A DNA stretch of 25,602 nt from NCBI GenBank assembly GCA_039930625.1, contig JBDTTN010000001.1, positions 1 through 25,602 of the forward strand, in the 5' to 3' direction. Origin of the DNA: Gemmatimonadota bacterium (GTDB lineage: Bacteria; Gemmatimonadota; Gemmatimonadetes; Gemmatimonadales; GWC2-71-9). The position numbers were made by a program, and so were the translations under genes. The notes beneath the pieces are model-generated. The model saw nothing but the letters and a program-made list of their open reading frames with translations. It did no database searches and was not told the origin of the DNA. Positions 7,553 to 17,968 of the stretch are shown here, in pieces. Each line of letters begins with the position of its first letter. Positions within the stretch are counted from its first letter, which is position 1.

Positions 7553-9006
7553 GCACCATCCGCCCCGGACTGGCGCTCACTTTCGACGACGTTCTGCTGA
7601 TCCCGCGCCACTCGACGGTCCACCCTCGCCTGGTCTCCGTCCAAACCCGACTCACGCGCACTATTTCGCTCAACATCCCGCTGGTGTCCGCCGCCATGGA
7701 CACGGTGACCGAAGCGGAGATGGCCATCGCGATGGCCCGTTACGGCGGGATCGGCGTGGTCCACAAGAACATGTCGGTCGAGAAGCAGGCCGCGGAAGTA
7801 GACCGGGTGAAACGCAGCGAGAGCGGGATGATTCTCAACCCGATCACGCTGACCGCCGACCGGCCGCTCCGGGAAGCGGCGGCCGCGATGGCCCGGTTCC
7901 GCATCTCCGGGGTGCCGATCGTCGACCAGGCGGGGAAGCTGGTCGGCATCATTACCAACCGGGATCTGCAGTTCGAGCGGAATCTCGATCAGCCGATCCG
8001 AGAGGTGATGACCAAGGACAAGCTCGTCACCGCACCGGTCGGCACCGGACTGGATGAGGCCGAACGTATTCTTGCGAAGCACCGGATCGAGAAGCTGCCG
8101 GTGGTGGATGCGAAGGGCCTGCTCAAGGGACTGATCACGGTCAAGGACATCTTCAAGCGGAAGCAGTTCCCCGACTCGAACAAGGACCAGCACGGCCGGC
8201 TGCGGGTCGCGGCCGCGGTCGGTGGCACGCCCGAAGCGAGGATTCGCGCCCAGGCGCTGCTCGATGCCGGAGCCGATGCCATCATTATCGACTCCGCTCA
8301 CGGCCACAGCGACGGCGTGCTGCAGACCGTCTCCCTGCTGCGTGAGGCGTTCCCCGATGCGCAGCTCATCGCGGGCAACGTGGCCACCGAGACTGCCGCG
8401 CGCGAGCTGGTGCGGCGCGGAGTCGATGCGGTGAAGGTGGGTGTCGGTCCCGGGAGCATCTGCACCACCCGGGTGGTCACCGGCGTCGGAGTTCCGCAGG
8501 TCACCGCAATCGTCGATGCGGTACGCGGAGCGGGTGATATCCCGGTGATTGCCGATGGAGGCATCAAGTATTCCGGTGATGTCGTGAAGGCGCTGGCGGC
8601 CGGAGCTTCGTCAGTGATGATGGGCTCGATGCTCGCCGGCACCGACGAAAGCCCGGGGGAGTCGATCCTCGCCGAGGGTCGGCGGTTCAAGGCGATCCGT
8701 GGCATGGGAAGCCTCGCTGCCATGCAGGAAGGCTCCGCCGACCGCTACTTCCAGGAAGGGGAGCTCTCCAGCTCCAAGATGGTCCCGGAAGGAATCGAGG
8801 GACGGGTACCCTATCGTGGTGCCGTCGGCGAGGTGCTCTTCCAGATGGTCGGTGGACTCCGCAGCGGCATGGGATATTGCGGCGTCGATACCATCGAGGC
8901 GCTCGGGCGCGACGTGGAGATGGTGCAGATCACCAGCGCGGGCCTGCGCGAATCGCATCCGCACGACGTGCACATCACCCGGGAAGCACCGAACTACAAC
9001 GTGTGA
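7549..9006 (+). CDS. guaB: IMP dehydrogenase (with CBS pair)
   Basis: Start set at ATG 7549 ([17 protein letters not shown]). [26 protein letters not shown] (catalytic Cys), [27 protein letters not shown]. Confidence 0.98.
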   Translation: MSTIRPGLALTFDDVLLIPRHSTVHPRLVSVQTRLTRTISLNIPLVSAAMDTVTEAEMAIAMARYGGIGVVHKNMSVEKQAAEVDRVKRSESGMILNPITLTADRPLREAAAAMARFRISGVPIVDQAGKLVGIITNRDLQFERNLDQPIREVMTKDKLVTAPVGTGLDEAERILAKHRIEKLPVVDAKGLLKGLITVKDIFKRKQFPDSNKDQHGRLRVAAAVGGTPEARIRAQALLDAGADAIIIDSAHGHSDGVLQTVSLLREAFPDAQLIAGNVATETAARELVRRGVDAVKVGVGPGSICTTRVVTGVGVPQVTAIVDAVRGAGDIPVIADGGIKYSGDVVKALAAGASSVMMGSMLAGTDESPGESILAEGRRFKAIRGMGSLAAMQEGSADRYFQEGELSSSKMVPEGIEGRVPYRGAVGEVLFQMVGGLRSGMGYCGVDTIEALGRDVEMVQITSAGLRESHPHDVHITREAPNYNV

Positions 9007-9015
9007 GAAACGGCT

Positions 9016-9101
9016 GTTAGCCATTGGCCGTAGGTCTCTCGGACCGGCCAACAGCCAACGGCTAACGACCAACGGCTAACGACCAACGGCTAACGACCAA
9101 C
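9016..9101. repeat. Heptamer inverted/tandem repeat element C (3 inverted units, loop, 8 RGCYAAC-like units incl. GGCTAACGACCAAC x3)
   Basis: gttagcc attggcc gtaggtc (9016-9036); ggccaac agccaac (ggctaac gaccaac)x3 (9046-9101). Confidence 0.93.
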
Positions 9102-9133
9102 GGCTCTACTCCCAACATTCAGCACGGGGCGCC

Positions 9134-10621
9134 ATGAGTCTCTGGGCAACCAAGTCCATCTCCGCACTGCGCGCCGAGGCGGATGCCGCCGGCGGGCTTC
9201 GCCGCACCCTGGGCCGCGGCGGCCTCACCGCGATCGGAATCGGCGGCATCATCGGCGCCGGGATCTTCGTACTCACGGGGCAGGCGGCGGCGTTGCACGC
9301 CGGCCCCGCCGTCCCGATCTCCATGATCCTGGTGGGTATCGCCTGCGCCTTCGCCGGGCTGTGCTACGCCGAAATGGCCAGTGCCGTTCCCGTCGCCGGC
9401 AGCGCGTACACCTACGCCTACGCCACCATGGGTGAGCTGGTGGCCTGGATCATCGGGTGGGACCTGGTGCTCGAGTATGCCGCAGGCGCCTCCACCGTGG
9501 CGGTCGGGTGGTCGGGCCACCTGGTGTCGCTGCTGCGGCTGTTCGGAATCACCCTCCCGACGACGCTCACCACCTCTCCCACCGCGTGGTGCACTGCGTC
9601 GAATGTCGCTGGCGGGATGGCGGGATGTGCGCGAGAGGGGCTCAACTTCACCGGGGCACTGGTGAATCTGCCGGCGGTACTGATCGTGGCACTGGTCTCC
9701 ACGGTGCTGGTGATCGGCATGAAGGAGTCGGCGCGGGTCAACACCACGATCGTGATCATCAAGGTGGCGATCGTGATTCTGGTCGCTGGGACCGGACTCT
9801 TCTACATCACGCCGGCCAACTGGCACCCCTTCATCGCCCCGAACACCGGCGAATGGGGAACCTTCGGCTGGTCCGGTGTGCTCCGGGGCGCGGGGCTCGT
9901 CTTCTTCGCGTACATCGGCTTCGACGCCGTCAGCACCGCGGCACAGGAGGCGAAGGATCCTCAGCGCGACATGCCGTTCGGCATTCTCGGCTCCCTGGCG
10001 ATCTGTACCCTGCTCTACGTGGTGGTCTCGGCGGTGCTGACCGGCATGGTGCCATACGGCGAGCTCAATAACGCCGCCCCCACATCGTACGCCCTGGAAA
10101 AGGTCGGGGCACCGTATTTCATCCGGCTCCTGGTTGACATCGGTGCGGTGCTCGGCCTCGCGTCGGTGGTGCTGGTGATGCTGCTCGGTCAGTCGCGGGT
10201 ATTCTATTCGATGTCCCGGGACGGGTTGCTCGGGGAGTGGGCCGGCAAGGTGCATCCGAAATTCCGCACTCCCTACCTCTCCTCGATCTACACCGGGATC
10301 GCGGTCGCCATCGCCGCCGGAGCATTGCCACTGCAGCTGCTGGGGCAACTGGTGAACATCGGGACCCTGCTCGCCTTTGTGCTGGTGAGTGCCGGCGTCT
10401 GGATCCTGCGCGTCAAGCGTCCCGATCTCGAGCGGCCGTTCCGGACGCCGTGGGTGCCGTTCGTGCCGATCATGGGCATGCTCTGCTGCTTCGGCCTGAT
10501 GCTCACCCTTCCCGCCGATACCTGGATCCGGCTCGCGGTCTGGCTGGTCATCGGCCTGGTGATCTACTTCTCGTACGGCCGCCGGCACAGCCGGCTGCAA
10601 CTGGAGCGGTCTTCGCGGTGA
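9134..10621 (+). CDS. APC amino acid permease (CAT/YhdG-like)
   Basis: GIGGIIGAGIFVLTG, CYAEMASAVPVAGSAYTY, FFAYIGFDAVSTAAQEAKDPQRD, RPFRTP. Confidence 0.95.
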   Translation: MSLWATKSISALRAEADAAGGLRRTLGRGGLTAIGIGGIIGAGIFVLTGQAAALHAGPAVPISMILVGIACAFAGLCYAEMASAVPVAGSAYTYAYATMGELVAWIIGWDLVLEYAAGASTVAVGWSGHLVSLLRLFGITLPTTLTTSPTAWCTASNVAGGMAGCAREGLNFTGALVNLPAVLIVALVSTVLVIGMKESARVNTTIVIIKVAIVILVAGTGLFYITPANWHPFIAPNTGEWGTFGWSGVLRGAGLVFFAYIGFDAVSTAAQEAKDPQRDMPFGILGSLAICTLLYVVVSAVLTGMVPYGELNNAAPTSYALEKVGAPYFIRLLVDIGAVLGLASVVLVMLLGQSRVFYSMSRDGLLGEWAGKVHPKFRTPYLSSIYTGIAVAIAAGALPLQLLGQLVNIGTLLAFVLVSAGVWILRVKRPDLERPFRTPWVPFVPIMGMLCCFGLMLTLPADTWIRLAVWLVIGLVIYFSYGRRHSRLQLERSSR

Positions 10622-10649
10622 ATCTCCGGTTGCGTGGCGCAGTCCCCGC

Positions 10650-10666
10650 GGGCGCACCGTGCGCCC
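10650..10666. other. GC-rich hairpin between the tandem permeases (GGGCGCA-ccg-TGCGCCC)
   Basis: Perfect 7-bp stem with imperfect outer pairing (ggttgc 10628-33 / gcaatc 10672-77); no U tract. Confidence 0.5.
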
Positions 10667-10700
10667 AGCGTGCAATCCCTCTTACCAGGACTCCATTCTC

Positions 10701-12242
<1,542 letters not shown>

Positions 12243-12269
12243 GTCGCAGCCGCTCCCGCTGTGAGCCCG

Positions 12270-12316
12270 CAATGCCTGGTGCCCTTCGGCACCGGGCATT
12301 GTGCGTTCGGGGCACA
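12270..12316. repeat. REP-like double hairpin downstream of the permease pair
   Basis: CAATGCCTGGTGCC-cttc-GGCACCGGGCATTG (14-bp stem, one G.T) at 12270-12301, abutting TGTGC-gttcggg-GCACA at 12300-12316. Confidence 0.6.
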
Positions 12317-12361
12317 GTGCGAGGCGCCTGCCGCGCTCTTTCCCGGCCCGGCCCCTTGTCT

Positions 12362-12367
12362 TACTTT
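12362..12367 (+). promoter_or_regulatory. Candidate -10 box TACTTT, 8 nt before ATG 12376
   Basis: t-TACTTT-cccgcccc-ATG; the leader has no A or SD-like purine run. Confidence 0.45.
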
Positions 12368-12375
12368 CCCGCCCC

Positions 12376-13395
12376 ATGACCGACCTGCCCCCGGACCGTC
12401 TCGCCGCCGCTCGCGCCTTTGCCACGACCTTTCAGCCCGGCCAGCGGCTCTGCATAACCACCCACGTCAATCCCGACGGCGATGGGCTCGGCAGCGAGGT
12501 CGGCCTGATCCACCTGCTCAAGGCGCAGGGGATCGACGCGTTCGTGACCAATCCGTCACCCACGCCAGAACGCTACCGATTCCTCTTCCGCGACCTTCCG
12601 GGGGTCGATCGCACGCAGGAGGCGGTGAAGGAACTGCGGAAAGCGGACCAGATCCTGGTGCTCGATATCGCCGATGTCGATCGCCTCGGCATGCTCACCC
12701 AGACGGTCGTGGCCCGCGGGGTGCCGGTGGCCTGTGTTGATCATCACGTGAGTCAGGGACACCTGCCCGATGGCGCGCGCTATGTCGATCCCGAGGCTTC
12801 GGCTACCGGTGAGCTGATCTATCAGATCGCGATCGCCAACGGGTGGCCGCTCACCCCGCTGGCGGCCCGCGCGCTCTACGTCGCGATCCTCACCGACACC
12901 GGCGCGTTCCGATTCAGCAATACCAAGCCGGCAGTGCTCCGCGCGGCAGCCGCGCTGCTCGAGGCCGGACTCGATCCGGAGCAGATCTATCTCGACGTGT
13001 ACGCCAGCGCCCCGGAGGGACGGGCCCGGCTGCTCGCGGAGACGCTGCAGACCCTCGTGGTCGAGTCCGACCACGGTCTTGCCTGGGTGACCGTCCCCCC
13101 CGGCGCACTGGAGCGGCTGGGGGCAACGGCGGACGACCTCGACGGTATCGTCGAGGTCCCCCGGAGCATCAACGGAATCCGCATGGCGCTGCTCTTCCGG
13201 GAGATCGCCGCGGGACGAGTGAAGGTGTCACTCCGATCGGTGGGCACCGTGGATGTGGCGGAGTTCTCCCGCCCCTTCGGTGGGGGTGGCCATACCAAGG
13301 CCTCGGGGCTCTCCATGGAGGGGTCCCTGGCGACAGTCCAGGCCCGCGTGCTGGCGGCGGCAAGGGAGTATCTTTCGGCGGACAGCAGCCGCTAA
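12376..13395 (+). CDS. nrnA: DHH/DHHA1 bifunctional oligoribonuclease / pAp phosphatase
   Basis: HVNPDGDGLGS, LVLDI, VDHH, DTGAFRF, RVKVSLRS, GGGHTKASG; start set at ATG 12376. Confidence 0.9.
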   Translation: MTDLPPDRLAAARAFATTFQPGQRLCITTHVNPDGDGLGSEVGLIHLLKAQGIDAFVTNPSPTPERYRFLFRDLPGVDRTQEAVKELRKADQILVLDIADVDRLGMLTQTVVARGVPVACVDHHVSQGHLPDGARYVDPEASATGELIYQIAIANGWPLTPLAARALYVAILTDTGAFRFSNTKPAVLRAAAALLEAGLDPEQIYLDVYASAPEGRARLLAETLQTLVVESDHGLAWVTVPPGALERLGATADDLDGIVEVPRSINGIRMALLFREIAAGRVKVSLRSVGTVDVAEFSRPFGGGGHTKASGLSMEGSLATVQARVLAAAREYLSADSSR

Positions 13396-13417
13396 CGTGG
13401 AACAGGATATGGCAGTC

Positions 13418-13666
13418 ATGGCAAACACTGACGATCCCGAAGTGCTTCAGCGCATCGAGCGCACGCTCGATTCGCTCCGTCCATACATCGCATCGCACAA
13501 GGGCAGTGTCGAAGTCGTGGATTTCGATGATGTGCAGGGCCGCCTGCTGCTCCGCCTCGGCGGGACGTGTCACGGCTGTTCGGCCTCGACCATCACGCTG
13601 AAGCAGGGCATCGAAACCCGGCTCCGCGCCCTCGTCCCTGAAGTCAAACTGGTGGAAGCGATCTGA
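13418..13666 (+). CDS. NifU C-terminal (Nfu) domain Fe-S carrier protein (82 aa)
   Basis: LRPYIASHKGSVEVV, LRLGGTCHGCSASTITLKQGIE (CxxC); AGGA about 10 nt before ATG 13418. Confidence 0.92.
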   Translation: MANTDDPEVLQRIERTLDSLRPYIASHKGSVEVVDFDDVQGRLLLRLGGTCHGCSASTITLKQGIETRLRALVPEVKLVEAI

Positions 13667-13679
13667 CACTGAGAAGCGC

Positions 13680-13775
13680 CGAGTTCCCAGTACCGAGTTC
13701 CGAGTGCACGCAACCAGCTCGGTTCCCGGAACCCGGAACCCGGAACCCGGAACTCGGTACTCGGAACTCGGAACT
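13680..13775. repeat. Heptamer inverted/tandem repeat element D (CGAGTTC-like x4, spacer, CGGAACY x7), same unit family as A
   Basis: cgagttc ccagtac cgagttc cgagtgc (13680-13707); cggaacc x3, cggaact, cggtact, cggaact x2 (13727-13775). Confidence 0.95.
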
Positions 13776-13802
13776 TGAGACTCCGTAAGGAACAGCCAGA
13801 AG

Positions 13803-14936
13803 ATGTCGAATGATCTGTCCGCCCGTGTGGCCGCAGCCCTCTCCCGCATCCAGAACCCGCGGCTCGAGAACGACCTGCTCTCCGCCGGCATGGTCCGCGA
13901 TCTCGTCGTCACCGACGACGGCAAGGTCTCATTCACGTTTCTGTTGTCACGCGAGGATCCTGCAACGCTGGTGCGTGAGGCCCGCGCAGCAATCCGGGCC
14001 ATCGAAGGGGTGAACCCGCAGGAGATGCGGATCAGCGTCGTCGATCCGGGCGGCCCCGCCAGGAGCACCCATGCTCCCCCGGGACAACCGGCCCCGGGCC
14101 AGACTCACGGGCAGGCCGGTCTGGTGACCCCGCCGCCGCAGCCTTCGGAGTATCCCAGCCTCGGCCGGATCATCGCGGTTTCGTCAGGCAAGGGCGGGGT
14201 GGGCAAGTCGACCGTCACGAGCAACCTGGCGGTGGCGCTGGCTCAGAAGGGCTACCGCGTCGGGCTCATGGACGGGGACGTCTACGGACCGAACATCCCG
14301 CGGATGTTCGGCCTCTTCGAGAAGCCGCCGGTGATCCAGGGCAAGATCCAGCCGCTCACCGCCTGGGGCGTGAAGCTGATGTCGATCGGCTTCCTCATCG
14401 ATCGCGACGCGGCGGCCGTCTGGCGCGGTCCGATCATCATGAAGATCGTGCAGCAGTTCCTGCGGGATGTGGAGTGGGGGGAGCTCGACTATTTCCTGGT
14501 GGATCTCCCTCCCGGCACCGGTGATGCCCAGCTCTCGCTGGTGCAGTCGTGCCAGGTGGCGACGGCCGTCATCGTCACCACGCCGCAGGAGGTCGCCGTG
14601 GGCGACGCTCTCCGCGGCGCCAAGATGTTCGAAAAGGTGGGCGTGCCCGTAGCCGGCATCGTCGAGAACATGAGTGCCTTCGTCGACCCGGCGACCGGCG
14701 TCCGCCTGGAGATGTTCGGCTCTGGCGGCGGTCAGCGCCTCGCCGATGAGCTGCACGTCCCACTGCTCGGCAGCGTGCCGCTCACTCCGGGGCTCACCGA
14801 CCTCGCCGACCGCGGCAAGCCGATCGTGGTCGCGGAGCCCTTGAGCCCCGCCGCGACCACCCTGGTCGCGATCGCCGCCGCCCTGGTCGCCGCGGTCGGA
14901 CAGGTCTCGGTGGCGCTACCCATCATGCACGGGTGA
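13803..14936 (+). CDS. mrp: Mrp/NBP35 (ApbC) family P-loop ATPase with N-terminal MIP18/DUF59-like domain; lacks CxxC
   Basis: SGKGGVGKST, DGDVYGPNIP, WRGP, DLPPGTGD, TTPQEVA, ENMS. Confidence 0.92.
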   Translation: MSNDLSARVAAALSRIQNPRLENDLLSAGMVRDLVVTDDGKVSFTFLLSREDPATLVREARAAIRAIEGVNPQEMRISVVDPGGPARSTHAPPGQPAPGQTHGQAGLVTPPPQPSEYPSLGRIIAVSSGKGGVGKSTVTSNLAVALAQKGYRVGLMDGDVYGPNIPRMFGLFEKPPVIQGKIQPLTAWGVKLMSIGFLIDRDAAAVWRGPIIMKIVQQFLRDVEWGELDYFLVDLPPGTGDAQLSLVQSCQVATAVIVTTPQEVAVGDALRGAKMFEKVGVPVAGIVENMSAFVDPATGVRLEMFGSGGGQRLADELHVPLLGSVPLTPGLTDLADRGKPIVVAEPLSPAATTLVAIAAALVAAVGQVSVALPIMHG

Positions 14937-16288
14937 CGATTGCAGACGATCGGAGCGCGCCGCAGGTGCGCTCCATCGGCCTCACCAGCGCACCGCTGCT
15001 CCCCACGGTCCTCCGGCTCGCGCTGCCCGCCGTCGGGACGACGCTTCTGCAGGTCCTCTTCAACATCACCGATACCTTCTGGGTCGGCCGTACCCTCGGC
15101 CCGGCCGCGCTCGCCGGCGTCTCGTCCGCCGGCTACTCCCTGTGGATCATCATCACGACCGGCGAGCTGTTAGGCGCAGGGCTCACCGCGGTCGCCGCCC
15201 GGCGGCACGGCGAGGGGCAGCCGGCGCTCGCAGCGCGCGCAGCGGGCACGGCGCTCGTGCTTGCGGCGCTGATCGGGGTCGTCGTCGCCGGGTTCGGGCT
15301 CACCGGCCTCAACCCGCTGTTCCACTTGATGCACCTCCCCGCGGACGCCGATCGCGAGGCCCGCCGATTTCTCGTGGTGCAGTGTGTGGGCTCGGTGCTG
15401 ATCTACGGCTACTTCGTGGTCGAGGCCGCCTTCCGCAGCGCCGGGAACACCCGCACGCCCTTCCTGCTTCTCGCCGTCTCGGTGCTGCTCAATCTGGTAC
15501 TCGATCCGCTCATGATCCTCGGCATCGGGCCCTTTCCCGCGATGGGCGTCTACGGTGCCGCACTCGCAACGGTGCTCACCCGGGGCTTCGGTTTCGTCGC
15601 CGGCCTGGCGCTGCTGATCCGTCGCGGCCACATCCGGCCCGCCTTCGACCCCGCTGCGGCGTGGAACATCGTGCGCATCGGCACGCCGGTGATGCTCGCC
15701 GGTTCGCTGTTCAGTCTCTCCTACATCTTCCTGGTGCCGATCGTGGGCCGGTTCGGCACGCCGGCGCTCGCGGCGCTTGGAGTAGGGCACAAGGTCGAGG
15801 GAGTGAGCTACATGATCGCCGTCGGCTTCGGGCTCGCCGCGAGCACGTTGGTGGGCCAGAACCTCGGTGCCGGGCAGCCCGGGCGGGCGCGCGCGGCCGG
15901 CTGACTCACCGCGACCCTCGCCGTGGTGCCGATCGGAATGCTCGGGGTGGTCTTCTCGCTCTGGCCGCAGCAGCTCGCGGAGGTGTTCACCCGTGACGAG
16001 GCAACCGCGGGCGCGGCGGCGCTCTACCTGCTCGCCTTCGCGGTGGTGCAGCCGTTCATCGCGTTCGAGGAGGCGCTCTTCGGCGGGTTGTCAGGCGCCG
16101 GATACACCGTGTGGCCGATGGTGTGGGTCATACTGCTGTCGGTCGTCCGGATTCCGCTCGCCCTGTGGGCTGCCGTCCGCGGCGGACTCGCGGGGGTCTG
16201 GCTGGTTCTCGCCGTTACCGCCATGGGGCGGGGTGTGGCGATGCTGGTCCTCTGGCGCTGGGGACGGTGGGAGCGGGCAGAGGCGTAA
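14933..16288 (+). pseudogene. MATE-family efflux transporter interrupted by one in-frame TGA at 15902-15904
   Basis: ORFs 14933..15904 and 15923..16288 are in the same frame and join into a 451-codon MATE (LALPAVG, NITDTFWVG, FRSAGNTRTP, LNLVLDPL, VGQNLGAG). Confidence 0.8.
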
Positions 16289-16343
16289 TAGGCTAGCCCT
16301 GTTTCACGGCGCTGCGCCGAGAGGACTGCTCATACCCTGCGGG

Positions 16344-17846
16344 TCACGCCGCGGCGATGGCCTCCGCTGCAAGCTCCCGCCCCAGCCGAAGCACTCCCTC
16401 GAAGAGCTGGTCCAGGTCAGACTTCCTTGTGCGATGGTTGACGTTGCAAACCCGCAGGGCAAACCGGCCGTCGATCACCGTGCTGGATGGTACCGCAACT
16501 CCCTGCTCCTGCATGCGGAGCAGCAGCTCACGATTGAGTCCGTCGCGTTGCAGCTCCCCCAGCCCCTCACCGACATATCGAAAGCACACCACGTTGAGCG
16601 GTACTGGCGCGAGCAGTTCCAGCTCCGCACTCGCCTCGATCCGGTCCCGGAGGTAGCGCGATTGACCCACGTTCTGCTCGATGACCCGAGCCAGCTTGTC
16701 GCTCCCCTCCGCCTTGAGCGTCAGCCACACCTTGAGAGCCTTGAAATCGCGGGTGAGCTCCAGTCCGCGCTCGGCGAAGGGAAGCCCGCCGGCCATCACC
16801 CCCCGAGTCGTCTCCGCGAGATAGTTCGCACGGGTCGTGAACGCTTCCCGGTGGATTTCGGCGTCACGCACGAGCAGGCAGGCGCAGCCGAAGGGCAGCG
16901 AACCCCATTTGTGGAGGTCGAAGCCGAGTGAGTCGGCGAGCTCCAGGCCGGCCACCTGGGGTCTGAGAGCCGGAGAGAGATAGGCCAATGCACCGTAGGC
17001 GCCATCGACGTGGAACCAGAGGCGCTCCGAGCGCGCGAGCGCCGCGATCGCCACGAGGTCGTCTGAGGCCCCGGTGTTCACCGTGCCGGCGGTCCCGACG
17101 ACACAGAACGGTCTCAGGCCGCCGGCCCGATCCGCCGCGAGCATCGTCTGCAGGGCTCGAAGATCCATCCGGTACTCCGAGTCGATCGGCACCTGTCGAA
17201 AGGCTCGATGCCCGAGCCCGAGCAATTCGGCGGCTTTTCTGGCCCAGCCATGAGTCTCGGTGGAACCGTAGAAGACCAGCGGTTCGGCGCGCGGCTCCGC
17301 CCACGCCTGGAGTCCATGCTCCCGCACATCACCTCCGGCCGCCTTGGCACCCGCATAGCGAGCGATGGCCAGGCCGAGTGTGCTCGCCATCGTGCCGCCG
17401 CTCACCATGAGTCCGCTGGCGCCGCGGAATCCGAGCGCTTCGGCCAACCACCCGATCACCTGTTGCTCGACCAGCGCGGGAGCCTGGTTGAAGCCGGCCA
17501 GGTGCGCATTCATCCCCGCGGCGAGCATGTCCGCCATCATGCCGAGCGGCGTCCCATTGCCCTGCACCCAGCCGAAGAACCGCGGATGCAGATTCCCGTT
17601 CGGATACGGCAGCACATTTTCGACGAACTCGGCGTACGCAGCCTCGGCACCGATGCCTGTGCGAGACGCGCCACCGGTGAATGAACGACGAACCGTCTCC
17701 GGCATCTCCCGCCAGGCGGGCTGCTCGTTCAGGGTAGCAAGGTGGTCGAGCATATCAAGGACCATTTGATGGCTCAGTGTGCGGAACGCATCCCAGCCGG
17801 CGGGGGTGGCCGGGTCGAACGTGAGTTCATTCGGGAGTTGTGACAT
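16344..17846 (-). CDS. Group II PLP-dependent amino acid decarboxylase (aromatic-amino-acid/DABA decarboxylase-like)
   Basis: HPRFFGW, SGGTMAS, TAGTVNTGASDDL, HVDGAYG, DSLGFDLHKW (PLP lysine), LNVVCFRY. Confidence 0.93.
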   Translation of the reverse strand: MSQLPNELTFDPATPAGWDAFRTLSHQMVLDMLDHLATLNEQPAWREMPETVRRSFTGGASRTGIGAEAAYAEFVENVLPYPNGNLHPRFFGWVQGNGTPLGMMADMLAAGMNAHLAGFNQAPALVEQQVIGWLAEALGFRGASGLMVSGGTMASTLGLAIARYAGAKAAGGDVREHGLQAWAEPRAEPLVFYGSTETHGWARKAAELLGLGHRAFRQVPIDSEYRMDLRALQTMLAADRAGGLRPFCVVGTAGTVNTGASDDLVAIAALARSERLWFHVDGAYGALAYLSPALRPQVAGLELADSLGFDLHKWGSLPFGCACLLVRDAEIHREAFTTRANYLAETTRGVMAGGLPFAERGLELTRDFKALKVWLTLKAEGSDKLARVIEQNVGQSRYLRDRIEASAELELLAPVPLNVVCFRYVGEGLGELQRDGLNRELLLRMQEQGVAVPSSTVIDGRFALRVCNVNHRTRKSDLDQLFEGVLRLGRELAAEAIAAA

Positions 17847-17927
17847 CTAACGGTTCCAGGATTGTGGGGGATGTCGTGCAGTGGCAACGCCAGCGTCGGC
17901 AACGGAGACAAAGTGGTGGGGAAGGAA

Positions 17928-17952
17928 CGCAAGACGATATCCGAATCTTGCG
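17928..17952 (-). terminator. Possible terminator hairpin after the kinase gene
   Basis: CGCAAGA-N11-TCTTGCG stem, followed on the minus strand by TTCCTT; large loop and weak U tract. Confidence 0.35.
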
Positions 17953-17968
17953 ACGCAATCGCTGGATG

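Noticed and set aside
15902-15904. Selenocysteine or genetic-code-4/25 reading of the MATE TGA
   Set aside because: Many genes here end in TGA at the expected family length; no convincing SECIS follows; MATEs are not known selenoproteins.
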